Of a DNA stretch of 64,000 nucleotides, positions 10,022 through 20,910 are shown piece by piece (within the stretch, counting starts at the first letter, position 1; the number at the start of each line of letters is the position of its first letter). The notes below the pieces were generated by a model. That model made no database searches and was not told the DNA's origin. It saw only the letters and a list, made by a program, of their open reading frames with translations. Both the position numbers and the translations under genes were made by a program. Origin of the DNA: Alphaproteobacteria bacterium (GTDB lineage Bacteria > Pseudomonadota > Alphaproteobacteria > GCA-2731375); NCBI GenBank assembly GCA_965232515.1, contig CBDDPY010000002.1, positions 6,912,001-6,976,000 of the forward strand. The letters run 5' to 3'.

Positions 10022-10830
10022 GATTCGATCACTTGGTTCTGCTGGTCCGGGATCTGGACAAGGCCGCCGCCGATTTCGAAAAGCTCGGTTTTGTCGTGCT
10101 GGAACGGAACGACGCCAGTCACGGTTCGACCAGGTTCCGCTTCGTCTCGTTCAACGACGGCGCGTACGTCCTGCTGACGGCCTTTTCCAGCGATGCGGCC
10201 ATGGCTGCGCACCGGCTGGGGTCGGCCCTTGCTGCCGGCGAGGGCTGGGCGGACTACTCTTTTCTGGTCGACGATGTGGGCGCGGTTGGCCAGATGCTCA
10301 AGACCGCGGGAATGCCCGTCGCCGGTCCGGTCGAAGTGGCCAACACGGTGGTTGGCGGACACAGATGGGCGCTTGATCTATTGATGACCGGCCGCGGCGC
10401 GGAGGGTGATGTCGCGCTTCCTTTCCTGGTGTCCAATCGCCAAGGCGCCCGACATCGCATTCCGGGACCTTCCGCACACGCCAATGGGGCCAGCGGCATT
10501 GCCGGGGTCAAGGTGGCGAGCACGGAGCCTGCCGGGGTCGTCGACGGATTGCTCGCCATGGGCGGAAGCAGAATGGTCGGAGAGGCGGCCGATCGGCACG
10601 GCGTCCGTGTCGGCGTATCGAACGGCTGGGTGGATGTCGTTGCCGGCGATGCATCGCCTTCGAGGCCCGAAGGCGGCCTCTTCGAGGTGCACCTTTCCTG
10701 CGATCGGCCCGATCTCCCGCCGGAAGGTGAATTGCTCGACGTCAATCTGATGCACGGCGCGGCCGCGCGACTGATTCCCTCAGGTATGGGGTCCGGCATC
10801 GCCGAAAGACGCGGGAGGCCGGTAACATGA
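10018..10830 (+). CDS. VOC/glyoxalase-like (Glyoxalase_3) protein
   Basis: FDHLVLLVRDLDKAAADFEKLGF; ATGA coupling to upstream gene. Confidence 0.8.
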   Translation: MRFDHLVLLVRDLDKAAADFEKLGFVVLERNDASHGSTRFRFVSFNDGAYVLLTAFSSDAAMAAHRLGSALAAGEGWADYSFLVDDVGAVGQMLKTAGMPVAGPVEVANTVVGGHRWALDLLMTGRGAEGDVALPFLVSNRQGARHRIPGPSAHANGASGIAGVKVASTEPAGVVDGLLAMGGSRMVGEAADRHGVRVGVSNGWVDVVAGDASPSRPEGGLFEVHLSCDRPDLPPEGELLDVNLMHGAAARLIPSGMGSGIAERRGRPVT

Positions 10831-11522
10831 AGGGCACGGATTTGACCGCGAGGGCCGTCTACGAGGCCTGGAAGGAGAAGCCGTCTCTGCCGGCGTTCGG
10901 ATGCGGATCGCGCATATGTCTGCTGAATGTCGATCTGCAGCGTCGCTACACCGACACCGAGACCTTCTCGACCGCCTATGAAGGCGACAGCGACCAGTTT
11001 CGGCTTATCAACGCGATTGCCCGGGCCGTGCGCGACCTGGCCATGCCCGTGGTCTGGACCTATGTGGCCTATTTGCCGGATGGCAGGGATTGTGGCCGCT
11101 GGGGCACCCGAAGCAATGCGCCGATGGCGCTTCAAAACGTTGGCCATCAATCCCCGCAGGCCGAGATCGATGCCCGCCTTGAGGTCGAGCGCGATCACGA
11201 TCTCATGCTGCACAAACGCATGGCGTCGGCGTTTTTCGAGACGCACCTGCCCTCTTATCTCGTCTTCAGCCGCATCGATACGGTGATCGTGACGGGTGGC
11301 GCCACATCGGGATGCGTACGGGCGACCATAGTTGACGCGATGTCACATGGTTATCGCGTGATCGTGCCGGAAGAATGCGTGGCCGATCGCGAAGAGAGCC
11401 CGCACTACGCGGCGCTTTACGACATCGCCGTCAAATATGGCGACGTGCTGCCGGCCGGCAAAGTTCTCGACATTCTCACCTCCATGAAAGTCAGCGAACC
11501 GAAAGCAGCCAATGCTCAATGA
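10827..11522 (+). CDS. Isochorismatase-family cysteine hydrolase (N-carbamoyl/maleamate amidohydrolase-like)
   Basis: Asp (NVDLQ), Lys (HKRMASAF), TSGCVRATIVDA triad. Confidence 0.88.
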   Translation: MKGTDLTARAVYEAWKEKPSLPAFGCGSRICLLNVDLQRRYTDTETFSTAYEGDSDQFRLINAIARAVRDLAMPVVWTYVAYLPDGRDCGRWGTRSNAPMALQNVGHQSPQAEIDARLEVERDHDLMLHKRMASAFFETHLPSYLVFSRIDTVIVTGGATSGCVRATIVDAMSHGYRVIVPEECVADREESPHYAALYDIAVKYGDVLPAGKVLDILTSMKVSEPKAANAQ

Positions 11523-12447
11523 ACCGTTCAGCTACGACTATGCGCCCTATCACCACCGTCCAAAGATCGTGTGGCCGAACGGTGCTCGCATCGCGTTGTG
11601 GGTTGCGCCCAATATCGAGTTCTACGAATACGCACCGCCCGAGAACTCCGCCCGCTCGGTCTGGTATCGCCCCGAGCCCGACATCATCAACTACTCCATG
11701 CGCGATTACGGCAACCGGGTCGGCTTTCACCGCATGGCCGACGTGATAGCGCGCCATGGGATACGCGCCAGCGTTTCGTTGAATGTCGCGGTATGCGACC
11801 ACTTTCCAGACATCATCGAGCGCTGCTGCCAACTGGGCTGGGAGCTGTTCAGCCACGGCATCTACAACACGCGATACTTCTACAATATGAGCGAGGATCA
11901 GCAGCGCGAGGTCATTCGCGACAGTCGCGAGACGATCAAGCGCCATAGCGGCCAGGACCTTGACGGCTGGCTTTCGCCTGCGATTTCAAACGGCGAGACC
12001 ACGCAGGACATCCTGGCCGAGGAGGGCATCAAATACACGCTTGATCTTTTTCACGACGATCAACCCATGCCGGTCAAGGTGCGGTCCGGTAAACGGCTGG
12101 TCAGCGTGCCCTACATGATGGAGGTCAACGATGTGCCGGTCCTGTCTTTCAAGCACACGTCGCCGGCGGCCTATCTCAACATCATCAAGGCGCATTTCGA
12201 CCAACTCTACGAGGAAGGCGCGGAGAGCGGCACCGTCATGTGCGTTCCGTTGCACCCCTATCTGATCGGCCAGCCGCACCGCATCGGCCTGCTTGAAGAG
12301 GCGCTCGACTACATCAAAAGCCATGACGGCGTATGGTTTGCGACCGCGCGCGAAATCGCCGCCTGGTATGAGCGGCATTGTTACGACGCGTTTGTTGAGT
12401 GGATGGAGCCGTTCAATCGCGCGGCCGCCGAAAGGCCGCCCGCATGA
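11512..12447 (+). CDS. Polysaccharide-deacetylase-fold hydrolase, PuuE (allantoinase)-like
   Basis: WPNGARIA, DYGNRVG, ELFSHG, GWLSP, PLHPYLIGQPHR. Confidence 0.85.
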   Translation: MLNEPFSYDYAPYHHRPKIVWPNGARIALWVAPNIEFYEYAPPENSARSVWYRPEPDIINYSMRDYGNRVGFHRMADVIARHGIRASVSLNVAVCDHFPDIIERCCQLGWELFSHGIYNTRYFYNMSEDQQREVIRDSRETIKRHSGQDLDGWLSPAISNGETTQDILAEEGIKYTLDLFHDDQPMPVKVRSGKRLVSVPYMMEVNDVPVLSFKHTSPAAYLNIIKAHFDQLYEEGAESGTVMCVPLHPYLIGQPHRIGLLEEALDYIKSHDGVWFATAREIAAWYERHCYDAFVEWMEPFNRAAAERPPA

Positions 12448-13391
12448 GCGTTCCCGCCGACTATCTCATCTATCCAAAGCGGCGTCCGGGCCCCGATCAC
12501 GATCGCTATGCACATCGCTATCTGGCGACGGCGCCCACCGTCGCTTGGCCGGACGGCAAGCGCTTGCTGATCTGGATCACCATCCATTGCGAGCATTTTC
12601 CGATGGACATGCCCCGGGAGCCGTTTGTCCCGCTCGGCGGCATGGACCGCTTCTATCCGAGCGTTTGGGACTATTCGACGCGCGACTACGGCAACCGGGT
12701 GGGGATCTTCCGGCTGATGCGTGTGCTCGACCGGCATGGTCTCCGCGCAACTGTGGCAATGAACAGCAAAGTTGCGGAGCGCTACCCCTATCTGCTTGAC
12801 GAGATGCTCAAACGCGACTGGGAGATTGCCGCCGGTGGCGTCGATATGAGCAGGCTGCACCACGGCCTGCTATCAGAGGACGAAGAGCGCGCTCAAGTCG
12901 ACGAGGCTTTCACGACGCTGCGGCAGTTGAGCGGCCAGCCGGTCATCGGTTGGCATTCGCCCGCGCATTCCCAGTCCTCGCACACACCCGAACTCGTCGC
13001 CAATGCCGGCGCCCGGTATATCGCCGACTGGATCAATGACGACATGCCTTATCGGTTCGACACCGGGAAGGGTGCGTTGCTCCAATTGCCGCTGTCGTAT
13101 GAGCTTTCGGACCGCAAGATCCTCTTTTTGCACAACCAAAGCGTCGACGATTACGCCGCACAGATCACCTCAGCCTTTGGCTGTCTTGATGCCGAAGCGC
13201 GCCAAAGGGGTGGACGGATCCTGTCGCTGTCCGTGTCACCCTGGGTGATCGGCCAGCCCAGTCGCATCAGCGCGTTCGACCGGCTGCTTGAATTGTTTCT
13301 TTCCCGTGACGGCGTCGCCGGCGCAACCGGCGCGGCGATCTGTGCCGCCTGGGAAAGCCGCGACGGACAGGCCGGCGCGGAGGGCCGGTGA
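12444..13391 (+). CDS. Second PuuE-like protein, degenerate active site
   Basis: WPDGKR, DYGNRVG, GWHSP retained, but EIAAGG and SVSPW at the His positions. Confidence 0.82.
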   Translation: MSVPADYLIYPKRRPGPDHDRYAHRYLATAPTVAWPDGKRLLIWITIHCEHFPMDMPREPFVPLGGMDRFYPSVWDYSTRDYGNRVGIFRLMRVLDRHGLRATVAMNSKVAERYPYLLDEMLKRDWEIAAGGVDMSRLHHGLLSEDEERAQVDEAFTTLRQLSGQPVIGWHSPAHSQSSHTPELVANAGARYIADWINDDMPYRFDTGKGALLQLPLSYELSDRKILFLHNQSVDDYAAQITSAFGCLDAEARQRGGRILSLSVSPWVIGQPSRISAFDRLLELFLSRDGVAGATGAAICAAWESRDGQAGAEGR

Positions 13392-13416
13392 TGGAATCTC
13401 GACAGGAGAGGGTAGG

Positions 13417-14790
13417 GTGAGCGTATCCGCAAGCTGCGCGTTCGGCACCAGCCTGATCGGCTCCCGGGCGCATGGTGCAGAGGCGCGTCCGGAACGATTG
13501 ACCGCGTGCAAGGCGGTGCAGGCGATCAAGGACGGGCAGCTAACGGCTGAGACGCTGGCAAAGGCATGTCTCGACAGGATCGAGCGGCGAGACCCCGAGA
13601 TACGCGCCTGGACCCATGTAGACCGCGACCTCGTCCTTGGCCAGGCGCGCGCGCGAGACGCGCAGGCAGAACGCGGCCCGCTACATGGCGTGCCGATCGG
13701 CGTCAAGGACGTGATCTTCACGCGGGACATGCCCACGACCTATAACTCGCCGCATTTCGACGGCTTCTTTCCAAAGCTCGACGCGGCGAGCGTCTCTGTC
13801 CTGCGCGCCGCCGGCGCGATCATCATCGGCAAAAACGATACGGTTGAATTCGCCGTCAACGGTCGCCGCGCCCAGACCCGCAATCCGCATGACACAAATC
13901 GTACGCCGGGCGGGTCGTCGAGTGGTTCGGCCGCGGCGGTCGCCGACTTTCATGTGCCGCTTGCCATCGGCACCCAGACCGGTGGTTCGGTCATCCGTCC
14001 GGCATCCTATTGCGGTGTCTATGCCATGAAGCCGACATGGAACGCCGTTCCCCATGAAGGCTTCAAGGTCTGCGCGGCGAGCATGGACACGTTGGGCTGG
14101 TATGGTCGCTCCGTCGACGATCTCGAATTGCTTTGCGATGTCTTCGAACTGCACGATGACGAATGTCCGTCTCTCGACACGCTCGACGGCGCCTCGATCG
14201 CCGTCTGCCACTCGCCGGTTTGGGATCAGGCGCTTCCCGAGACCCGAGGCGCACTGACGCGATGCGTTGAGTTGCTGCGCGCGGCGGGCGCCAGGATTTT
14301 CGATCTGGAGCTCGACGAGCGGTTCGATCGGTTGGCCGCTGCCCACAAGACGATCATGCAAAGCGAGATGCGCAGCGCTTTTCTCGCCGAGAAGGCGCGC
14401 TTCGGCGACAGGCTTTATCCGGAATTGCAGCAGATCTTGCGCAACGACGCGGGCCTCACTCGTGCCGTTCAGCTGCGGGCGTATGATCTCGTCGCTCAAT
14501 GTCGAGCCCGCTTCGACGCACTGGCATCGCGCTTTGCGGCCGTCCTCACGCCGAGTACAGCCGGCGTCGCCCCGCAAGGGCTCGACGATACCGGAGCCGC
14601 GACGTTCAATCGGATTTGGACGCTGCTTCATACGCCTTGCATCAATCTGCCCGGCTTCGTTGGCCCAAGCAAATTGCCGGTAGGGTTGACGCTGACCGGG
14701 CCGCGCTTCTCGGATCGTGGCCTTGTCGCCACCGCCAAACTGGTGGCCGGTCTGATGCCGCGACAAAGGGAGATAGCGGGGCCGCCATGA
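13417..14790 (+). CDS. Amidase-signature family enzyme (start approximate)
   Basis: GVKD, PGGSSSGSAAAVA, GTQTGGSVIRPAS. Confidence 0.9.
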   Translation: MSVSASCAFGTSLIGSRAHGAEARPERLTACKAVQAIKDGQLTAETLAKACLDRIERRDPEIRAWTHVDRDLVLGQARARDAQAERGPLHGVPIGVKDVIFTRDMPTTYNSPHFDGFFPKLDAASVSVLRAAGAIIIGKNDTVEFAVNGRRAQTRNPHDTNRTPGGSSSGSAAAVADFHVPLAIGTQTGGSVIRPASYCGVYAMKPTWNAVPHEGFKVCAASMDTLGWYGRSVDDLELLCDVFELHDDECPSLDTLDGASIAVCHSPVWDQALPETRGALTRCVELLRAAGARIFDLELDERFDRLAAAHKTIMQSEMRSAFLAEKARFGDRLYPELQQILRNDAGLTRAVQLRAYDLVAQCRARFDALASRFAAVLTPSTAGVAPQGLDDTGAATFNRIWTLLHTPCINLPGFVGPSKLPVGLTLTGPRFSDRGLVATAKLVAGLMPRQREIAGPP

Positions 14791-15141
14791 TCGGGAAACA
14801 TCGCAAGCGCTTCGGTCCCCGTGGCGACCGATCTCTGCATATGCCGTCACAGCGATCCGTTTTTACCGGACAGAGATATCACGGAGATCAGGATGCGGTT
14901 TCGTTGAGAGATCTGCAAATCCACCAAAACCGCCAGTTACGCCGTGAGATCGGAGTCCGATGCCGGGCAGGGTTCCTGTCGGACGCGAAGAGTGCTGGTG
15001 AGTCACGTCCTCGCTCGGCACCTGGGGCTGGCACGTAAACCGGGCACCGTCGACTTGGCACCCCTCCGAGCTCCGCTCGATGGAGGGGCTCGGTCGTGAA
15101 CAACAGATGGTTGGGAAACAACCCTTAACGGAGGCAGAACA

Positions 15142-16770
15142 ATGAGCAAATCTCGTTTTCGATTGAACCGCAGGACGATGATCAAGGGCATGACGGCAGG
15201 CGCGGCCATGCCGTTTGTTCTGTCGCCGTCGAGCCATGCGCTTGGCAGCAGCGCCAAACATGGCGGTACGCTGACCACCGTGGCCTGGCCGGGCACGACC
15301 TATATGAACTCGGCGATCACGACCTCGGGACCCGAGGCATTCCTGTCGCCGAAGATGTTCGACGGCCTGCTCGGCTACGATTTCGGGATGAAGGGCAAGC
15401 CCGCTCTGGCGACGGACTGGAGCATCTCCGAGGACGGATTGCGTGTCACCTTCAATCTGCGACCCAACGTCAAATGGCATGACGGGCATCCGTTCACCTC
15501 GCGTGATGTGGCATTCACGTTCATGGAGGTCATCAAGGTGCACCATGGGCGCGGGCGTACGCTGTTCGCCGATCTGCTCGAGGTGGAGACGCCCGATGAC
15601 CTGACGGCGATCTTTGTGTTGAGGCGGCCGGCGCCGGCCATGATGAAGGCGCTCGACGGGCGTGAATCGCCGATCTTGCCGAGTCATCTCTATGCGGGCA
15701 CCGACATTCGGGAAAATCCGCACAATATCGATCCGGTCGGCACCGGTGCATTCAAGCTTGTCAGCCACGAGCGCGGCGTCAGTGTCGTCATGGAGCGCAA
15801 TCCGGACTATTGGGACGGCGATCTGCCCTATCTCGACCGTATCATCGTCCAATACATCTCCGATCCGTCGACGCGCACCGCCATGCTGGAAGCGGAACAG
15901 GCCGACGTCGTCTTCCTTAACTTCCTTCCGGCGCTTGACACGCTGCGTCTCGCCGAGAAGCCCGAATTCTCGATCGACCTGAAGGGCTATGAAACGTCGG
16001 TCAGCCAGCAGCAGATGGACTTCAATCTCGAGCATCCGATCCTCAAGGACGCGCGCGTGCGCCACGCGATCGCACACGCCATCGATCGGGCCTGGATCGT
16101 CAAGAACGTCTGGCATGGTTTCGGAGAGCCGGGCGCCACGCCGCTGCATCACGAACAAGTGTCGTTCTACAATACCGATGGTGTTCCGGACTATGAATTC
16201 AATCCGAGCAGGTCGGAAGCTTTGCTCGACGAGGCGGGATATCCGCGCGGCTCCAACGGCAGGCGTTTCGAATTGACGATCGACCCGACGCCCTATGGCA
16301 ACGAGTCGGTGATTGCCGCCGAGTATATGCGCGAGCAAATGCGCCAGATCGGGATCGATCTGAAGATCCGCACCCAGGACTTTGCCGTGTTCATCAAGCG
16401 GGTCTGGACCGATCGTGATTTCGATCTGTCCCTATATACGGCCGCCATGGGAGCCGATCCGACGATCGGTGTTCAGCGCTTCTACTGGTCGAAGAACTTC
16501 AAGCCGGGTGTGGCGTTCTCCAACGGTTCGAGCTATTCGAATCCGGAAGTCGACGCGTTGCTGGAGGCCTCGCAGGTCGAACTCGATCTGGCCACCCGCC
16601 AGCAGCAGTTCCATGAGTTCCAGAAGATCGCCATGACGGAGCTGCCGACGCTGCCCATCGTCTCGACAACCCGCGCCACGATCGCGCATCGCAAGGTCAA
16701 GGACCACACGGTCGATGCACTGGGTTCGCTGGGGAACCTCGCCCATTGCTGGATCGATGAGAGCGCGTGA
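15142..16770 (+). CDS. Peptide/nickel-type ABC transporter substrate-binding protein (family 5), Tat signal
   Basis: NRRTMIK twin-arginine leader; LRPNVKWHDG, PVGTGAF; GGAGG RBS. Confidence 0.92.
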   Translation: MSKSRFRLNRRTMIKGMTAGAAMPFVLSPSSHALGSSAKHGGTLTTVAWPGTTYMNSAITTSGPEAFLSPKMFDGLLGYDFGMKGKPALATDWSISEDGLRVTFNLRPNVKWHDGHPFTSRDVAFTFMEVIKVHHGRGRTLFADLLEVETPDDLTAIFVLRRPAPAMMKALDGRESPILPSHLYAGTDIRENPHNIDPVGTGAFKLVSHERGVSVVMERNPDYWDGDLPYLDRIIVQYISDPSTRTAMLEAEQADVVFLNFLPALDTLRLAEKPEFSIDLKGYETSVSQQQMDFNLEHPILKDARVRHAIAHAIDRAWIVKNVWHGFGEPGATPLHHEQVSFYNTDGVPDYEFNPSRSEALLDEAGYPRGSNGRRFELTIDPTPYGNESVIAAEYMREQMRQIGIDLKIRTQDFAVFIKRVWTDRDFDLSLYTAAMGADPTIGVQRFYWSKNFKPGVAFSNGSSYSNPEVDALLEASQVELDLATRQQQFHEFQKIAMTELPTLPIVSTTRATIAHRKVKDHTVDALGSLGNLAHCWIDESA

Positions 16771-17807
16771 GTGAATTGACGTCAGGCGCCGCAACACCGG
16801 ACCGCAACGCCCTGCCGGGCTTGCGTTTCTTGCTGGGTCCCTTGCCTCGGTACGTGTTGCGGCGTCTGAGTCAGGCGTTTTTGGTGATGCTGCTGGTCGT
16901 TGTCGGCAGCTTCGTTCTGGTCAAGATGGCGCCTGGCGACCTGGTGGACGTGCTTGCCGGCAATGCCGACATGACCGCCGAGCAGATGACCGCCCTGCGC
17001 GAGCGCTATGGTCTCGACCAGCCCGCATGGGTCCAGTTGTTGCGGTACATGTACAGCCTTGCGACGCTGGATTTCGGCTACTCGCCATTGAACGCCGCGC
17101 CGGTGCTGGACATCATTCTCGCCCGCTGGCCCGTCACCGCGTTGCTGGTGATCTCGTCGGTGCTCATTTCCATGACCGTGGGAACCGTCATGGGCGTCGT
17201 TGCAGCGCGAAATGCGGGAAACCCGGTGGATCTATCGATCTCGCTGCTCATGCTGTTCTTCTATGCGACGCCGACATTCATCATCGCTATCGGGCTCATC
17301 CTCGTCTTTTCGGTTTTTCTGGGGGTGATGCCGATCGCCGGTTTCTCGACCGTCGGCGCCGACTACACGGGACTTCGCTATGTCTGGGATGTCGTCAGCC
17401 ATTTGACGATGCCGGTGCTGGCGCTGTGCACCTTTTTTATCGCCATTTACGGGCGCATCGGGCGCGCCGCCATGCTCGAAGTGCTCACGCTCGACTATGT
17501 GCGCACCGCCCGCGCCAAGGGCTTGAGCGAACGGCGGGTCATCTACGTTCATGCGCTGCGGAATGCCATGCTGCCGCTAGTCACCATGGCCGGCCTTCAG
17601 GTCAGTTCCTTGGTCGGCGGGGCCGTGCTGATCGAGACCATCTTCGGCTTGCCCGGGATGGGCCGCACCGCGTTCGATGCCGTGTTTGAACGCGATACCA
17701 ATCTGCTGCTCGGTGTCGTCTTTATCAGTTCGCTCAGTGTCGTCGTTGTGAATTTCGTTATCGACATGCTCTACATGGCGCTGGATCCGCGCGTGGAGCT
17801 TGCGTGA
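16767..17807 (+). CDS. ABC permease (DppB-like)
   Basis: DYVRTARAKGL loop, hydrophobic helices. Confidence 0.92.
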   Translation: MSELTSGAATPDRNALPGLRFLLGPLPRYVLRRLSQAFLVMLLVVVGSFVLVKMAPGDLVDVLAGNADMTAEQMTALRERYGLDQPAWVQLLRYMYSLATLDFGYSPLNAAPVLDIILARWPVTALLVISSVLISMTVGTVMGVVAARNAGNPVDLSISLLMLFFYATPTFIIAIGLILVFSVFLGVMPIAGFSTVGADYTGLRYVWDVVSHLTMPVLALCTFFIAIYGRIGRAAMLEVLTLDYVRTARAKGLSERRVIYVHALRNAMLPLVTMAGLQVSSLVGGAVLIETIFGLPGMGRTAFDAVFERDTNLLLGVVFISSLSVVVVNFVIDMLYMALDPRVELA

Positions 17808-18649
17808 TGTCCGGCCGCCAATCCCTGCTGTGGCGTCTTGTCAGTCACCCCAGCGGTCTGGTCGGGCTGACACTGATCGTGCTGGCCGTTGCCATGGCGG
17901 TCCTCGCCGATTGGTTTTACGCTTCCGGCCCGTGGACCCTGGCCGGGCAACCGAGGCTTTGGCCCGGTCAAGACCCGGCCTTTCCGCTCGGCACGGATTC
18001 GCTCGGACGCGACCTGGCCGCCGGGCTCTTCCACGGCGCCCGCGTGTCCCTCGCGGTCGGCATCGCCGCGGCGGCGGTATCGGTTGTCATCGGTACCATC
18101 GTTGGCGGCCTGAGCGGGTACTATGGCGGTTGGCTGGACGATATCTTGATGCGGCTGACCGATGCGATGCAGACAGTTCCTTCCTTTCTGTCGGCGATCG
18201 CCATCGTCGGCATTCTCGGACCGTCGCTGTCGACGATCATCGTCGCCATCGCCATCGTGTCCTGGCCGATGATTGCCAGGCTGGTCAGAGCGGAGTTCTT
18301 GCGGCTGCGCACCTACGATTTCGTGCAGTCATGCAAGATCATCGGCATGTCCGACATACGCATAATCTTCGGCCAGATCCTGCCCAACTGCCTGGCGCCG
18401 ATCATTGTCGCGTCTTCGGTACTTGTCGCCACCGCGATCATCGTCGAGGCCAGCCTGTCCTTTCTGGGGTTGGGCGATCCTAACGTCATGAGCTGGGGCA
18501 CCATCCTGGGCAATGGGCGGTCCTCCCTGCGCACGGCCTGGTATATGACGGCCATTCCGGCCGTGGCGCTGGTGGCGACTGTGCTGGCGCTCAACCTGAT
18601 TGGCGACGCGCTAAACGACGTGCTCAATCCACGTCTCAAGGAGCGCTGA
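17804..18649 (+). CDS. ABC permease (DppC-like)
   Basis: PLGTDSLGRD, EASLSFLGLG, SWG. Confidence 0.92.
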   Translation: MMSGRQSLLWRLVSHPSGLVGLTLIVLAVAMAVLADWFYASGPWTLAGQPRLWPGQDPAFPLGTDSLGRDLAAGLFHGARVSLAVGIAAAAVSVVIGTIVGGLSGYYGGWLDDILMRLTDAMQTVPSFLSAIAIVGILGPSLSTIIVAIAIVSWPMIARLVRAEFLRLRTYDFVQSCKIIGMSDIRIIFGQILPNCLAPIIVASSVLVATAIIVEASLSFLGLGDPNVMSWGTILGNGRSSLRTAWYMTAIPAVALVATVLALNLIGDALNDVLNPRLKER

Positions 18650-19638
18650 TGGTCGATACCGCGACGGATGTTCCGCTGCTTACGGTGCGCGATCTTTCCA
18701 TTCAGTATGGGGACGGCGTGGCGCTGATGGAACAGGTCGGCTTCTTCGTCGAGCGCGGCGAGACCGTGGGCCTGGTCGGCGAATCGGGATGCGGCAAGTC
18801 GTTGACCGCGCTCGCGGTGATGGGGCTGATGGCGCAGAATCTGCGCATCTGCCAGGGCAGTATCGAACTTGACGGTGTTGATCTCGTGCAAATGCCCGAC
18901 GCCAGTCTGCGCAGGCTGCGCGGCGAGCGCATGGCGATGATTTTTCAGGAGCCGCTGACCGCGCTCAACCCGGTGATGACCGTCGGTGCGCAGGTCGTCG
19001 AGGTGCTGAGGGCGCATCGTCGGATGACCCGGGCCGAGGCTGCCCGCCGGGCTGTCGAACTCTTGGAGCTCGTGCGGATTCCCGACGCGGCCGCTCGCTT
19101 CGGCGACTACCCGCACCGGCTTTCGGGCGGCATGCGCCAGCGCGTGGTCATCGCCATCGCCATCGCCTGCAATCCGGCGCTGCTGATTGCGGACGAACCG
19201 ACGACCGCGCTCGACGTCACCGTGCAGGCGCAGATCCTGCAATTGCTAAAGCGGCTGCAACAAGACGCCAATCTCGGCTTGTTGTTCATCACCCATGATC
19301 TCGGCGTGGTGCGTCAAATCGCCGATCGTATCGTCGTCATGTATGCCGGCTCGGTGGTCGAGGAAGGACCGGTCGATGCCGTGCTCGACAATCCCCGTCA
19401 CCCCTATACAACCGGCCTTCTCTCCGCCAGGCCCCACGGCAGCTATTCGGAGTGCGGGCATCGGTTGGCCGACATAAAGGGCACGGTGCCGGCGCCACAC
19501 GAACGGCCGACGGGTTGTTTGTTTGAGCCGCGCTGTGTCAATGCCCAACCCGACTGCCGGCAAAGCCCCCCGCCGCGCACGGCATTCAACGATCACCGCG
19601 CGCTGCGATGTTATCACCCAGCAGGGAGTCGGAACTGA
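18649..19638 (+). CDS. ABC ATPase (DppD-like)
   Basis: [25 protein letters not shown]. Confidence 0.93.
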   Translation: MVDTATDVPLLTVRDLSIQYGDGVALMEQVGFFVERGETVGLVGESGCGKSLTALAVMGLMAQNLRICQGSIELDGVDLVQMPDASLRRLRGERMAMIFQEPLTALNPVMTVGAQVVEVLRAHRRMTRAEAARRAVELLELVRIPDAAARFGDYPHRLSGGMRQRVVIAIAIACNPALLIADEPTTALDVTVQAQILQLLKRLQQDANLGLLFITHDLGVVRQIADRIVVMYAGSVVEEGPVDAVLDNPRHPYTTGLLSARPHGSYSECGHRLADIKGTVPAPHERPTGCLFEPRCVNAQPDCRQSPPPRTAFNDHRALRCYHPAGSRN

Positions 19639-19641
19639 TCG

Positions 19642-20664
19642 ATGAGCCGTGTCGTCGAGATAACCGATCTCAAAGTCTATCATCGCACCCCGCATGGACC
19701 CCTGCGCGCCGTGGACGGGGTCACGCTGCATGTCGATAGCGGCGAGACGCTGGGTCTGGTGGGTGAATCGGGCTGCGGGAAATCGACGCTTGCACGCTGC
19801 ATCGTGGGCATAAACCGGCCCAGCCAAGGCACAACCATGCTCGGCGGGCAGGGTCTTGGTGGCGGTCGGGCGAACCGACTGGCAAGAGCTCGAGCGGTCC
19901 AGATGGTGTTTCAGGATCCAAGTGGTTCGCTTAATCCCAGGCTGAAGGTCGGACGGATCATCGCTGAACCACTGCTGGTCCATCGTCTTGGCACGACGGC
20001 GCAGCGACGGACCCGTGTCGAGGAAATCGCCGCGCAGGTCGGACTGACACCGCACCACCTGGAACGTTTTCCGCACGAACTGTCGGGTGGACAGCGGCAA
20101 CGGGTGAGCATCGCCCGGGCCCTGGCGCTGGAGCCGGGGCTGCTCGTCTGCGACGAAGCGGTATCGGCGCTCGATGTGTCGGTTCAGGCCCAGGTGCTCA
20201 ATCTGCTGCTCGACCTGCAAAAGCGGCTCAATGTTGCGTTCCTGTTCATCTCACACGATCTTTCAGTGGTGCGCTATATCGCACACCGTATCGCGGTGAT
20301 GTATCTGGGCCGCATCGTGGAGACCGGGCTGGTGGACGCGGTCTGGAAGCGGCGCGTCCATCCCTATACCCGCGCGCTTATCAACGCCATCCCCGACGAG
20401 CAGGTGCGGCGCGAAAACACCGAACTGCTGGAAGGTGACGTGCCGAGCCCGGTCAACCCGCCGTCAGGCTGCACGTTTAGAACGCGCTGTCCATTCGCGC
20501 GCGCCAGATGCGCCGAAGAAGTACCGCAGTTGCAGGATCGTGGCGGCGGACTGTCTGTCGCCTGCCATTTCGCCGAGGCAATCGAGGCAAGCGGCACGGC
20601 CAATGAGGCGGCGCGGCCACCGCAGCTGGAGACACATCCCGGCGCCTCTCTGACGGGCATGTGA
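19642..20664 (+). CDS. ABC ATPase (DppF-like)
   Basis: [25 protein letters not shown]. Confidence 0.93.
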   Translation: MSRVVEITDLKVYHRTPHGPLRAVDGVTLHVDSGETLGLVGESGCGKSTLARCIVGINRPSQGTTMLGGQGLGGGRANRLARARAVQMVFQDPSGSLNPRLKVGRIIAEPLLVHRLGTTAQRRTRVEEIAAQVGLTPHHLERFPHELSGGQRQRVSIARALALEPGLLVCDEAVSALDVSVQAQVLNLLLDLQKRLNVAFLFISHDLSVVRYIAHRIAVMYLGRIVETGLVDAVWKRRVHPYTRALINAIPDEQVRRENTELLEGDVPSPVNPPSGCTFRTRCPFARARCAEEVPQLQDRGGGLSVACHFAEAIEASGTANEAARPPQLETHPGASLTGM

Positions 20665-20688
20665 CGGCGAGCGGCCGGAGGACTGGCG

Positions 20689-20910
20689 ATGGATCGGCAA
20701 GCAATGGTCAATTTCATCCGCGATTGGCATGGCATCACGCCGCCCGACCCCGTCGCGCTCGCTTTCGCAGAAGACATCGCCAGGATAATCGCCGCATTCG
20801 AAGCCCTCGAGCCGGCGCCGTTCGAGGGCGAGCCATCTGATTTTTCCGACGTTCTCGAGGCGTTCGGCGAGTGGAGGGCGGGACGTGACCCATCAGCCTC
20901 CACCAAGTGA
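20689..20910 (+). CDS. Small protein (73 aa), putative amidase partner subunit (AtzG/GatC-like)
   Basis: GGAGG RBS, in-operon position directly before an amidase, C-terminal EGEPSDF. Confidence 0.65.
   Translation: MDRQAMVNFIRDWHGITPPDPVALAFAEDIARIIAAFEALEPAPFEGEPSDFSDVLEAFGEWRAGRDPSASTK

Noticed and set aside
14787-15038. 83-codon ORF starting in an ATGA overlap after the first amidase
   Set aside because: Arg-rich and unrecognisable; more likely intergenic or leader sequence before the ABC operon
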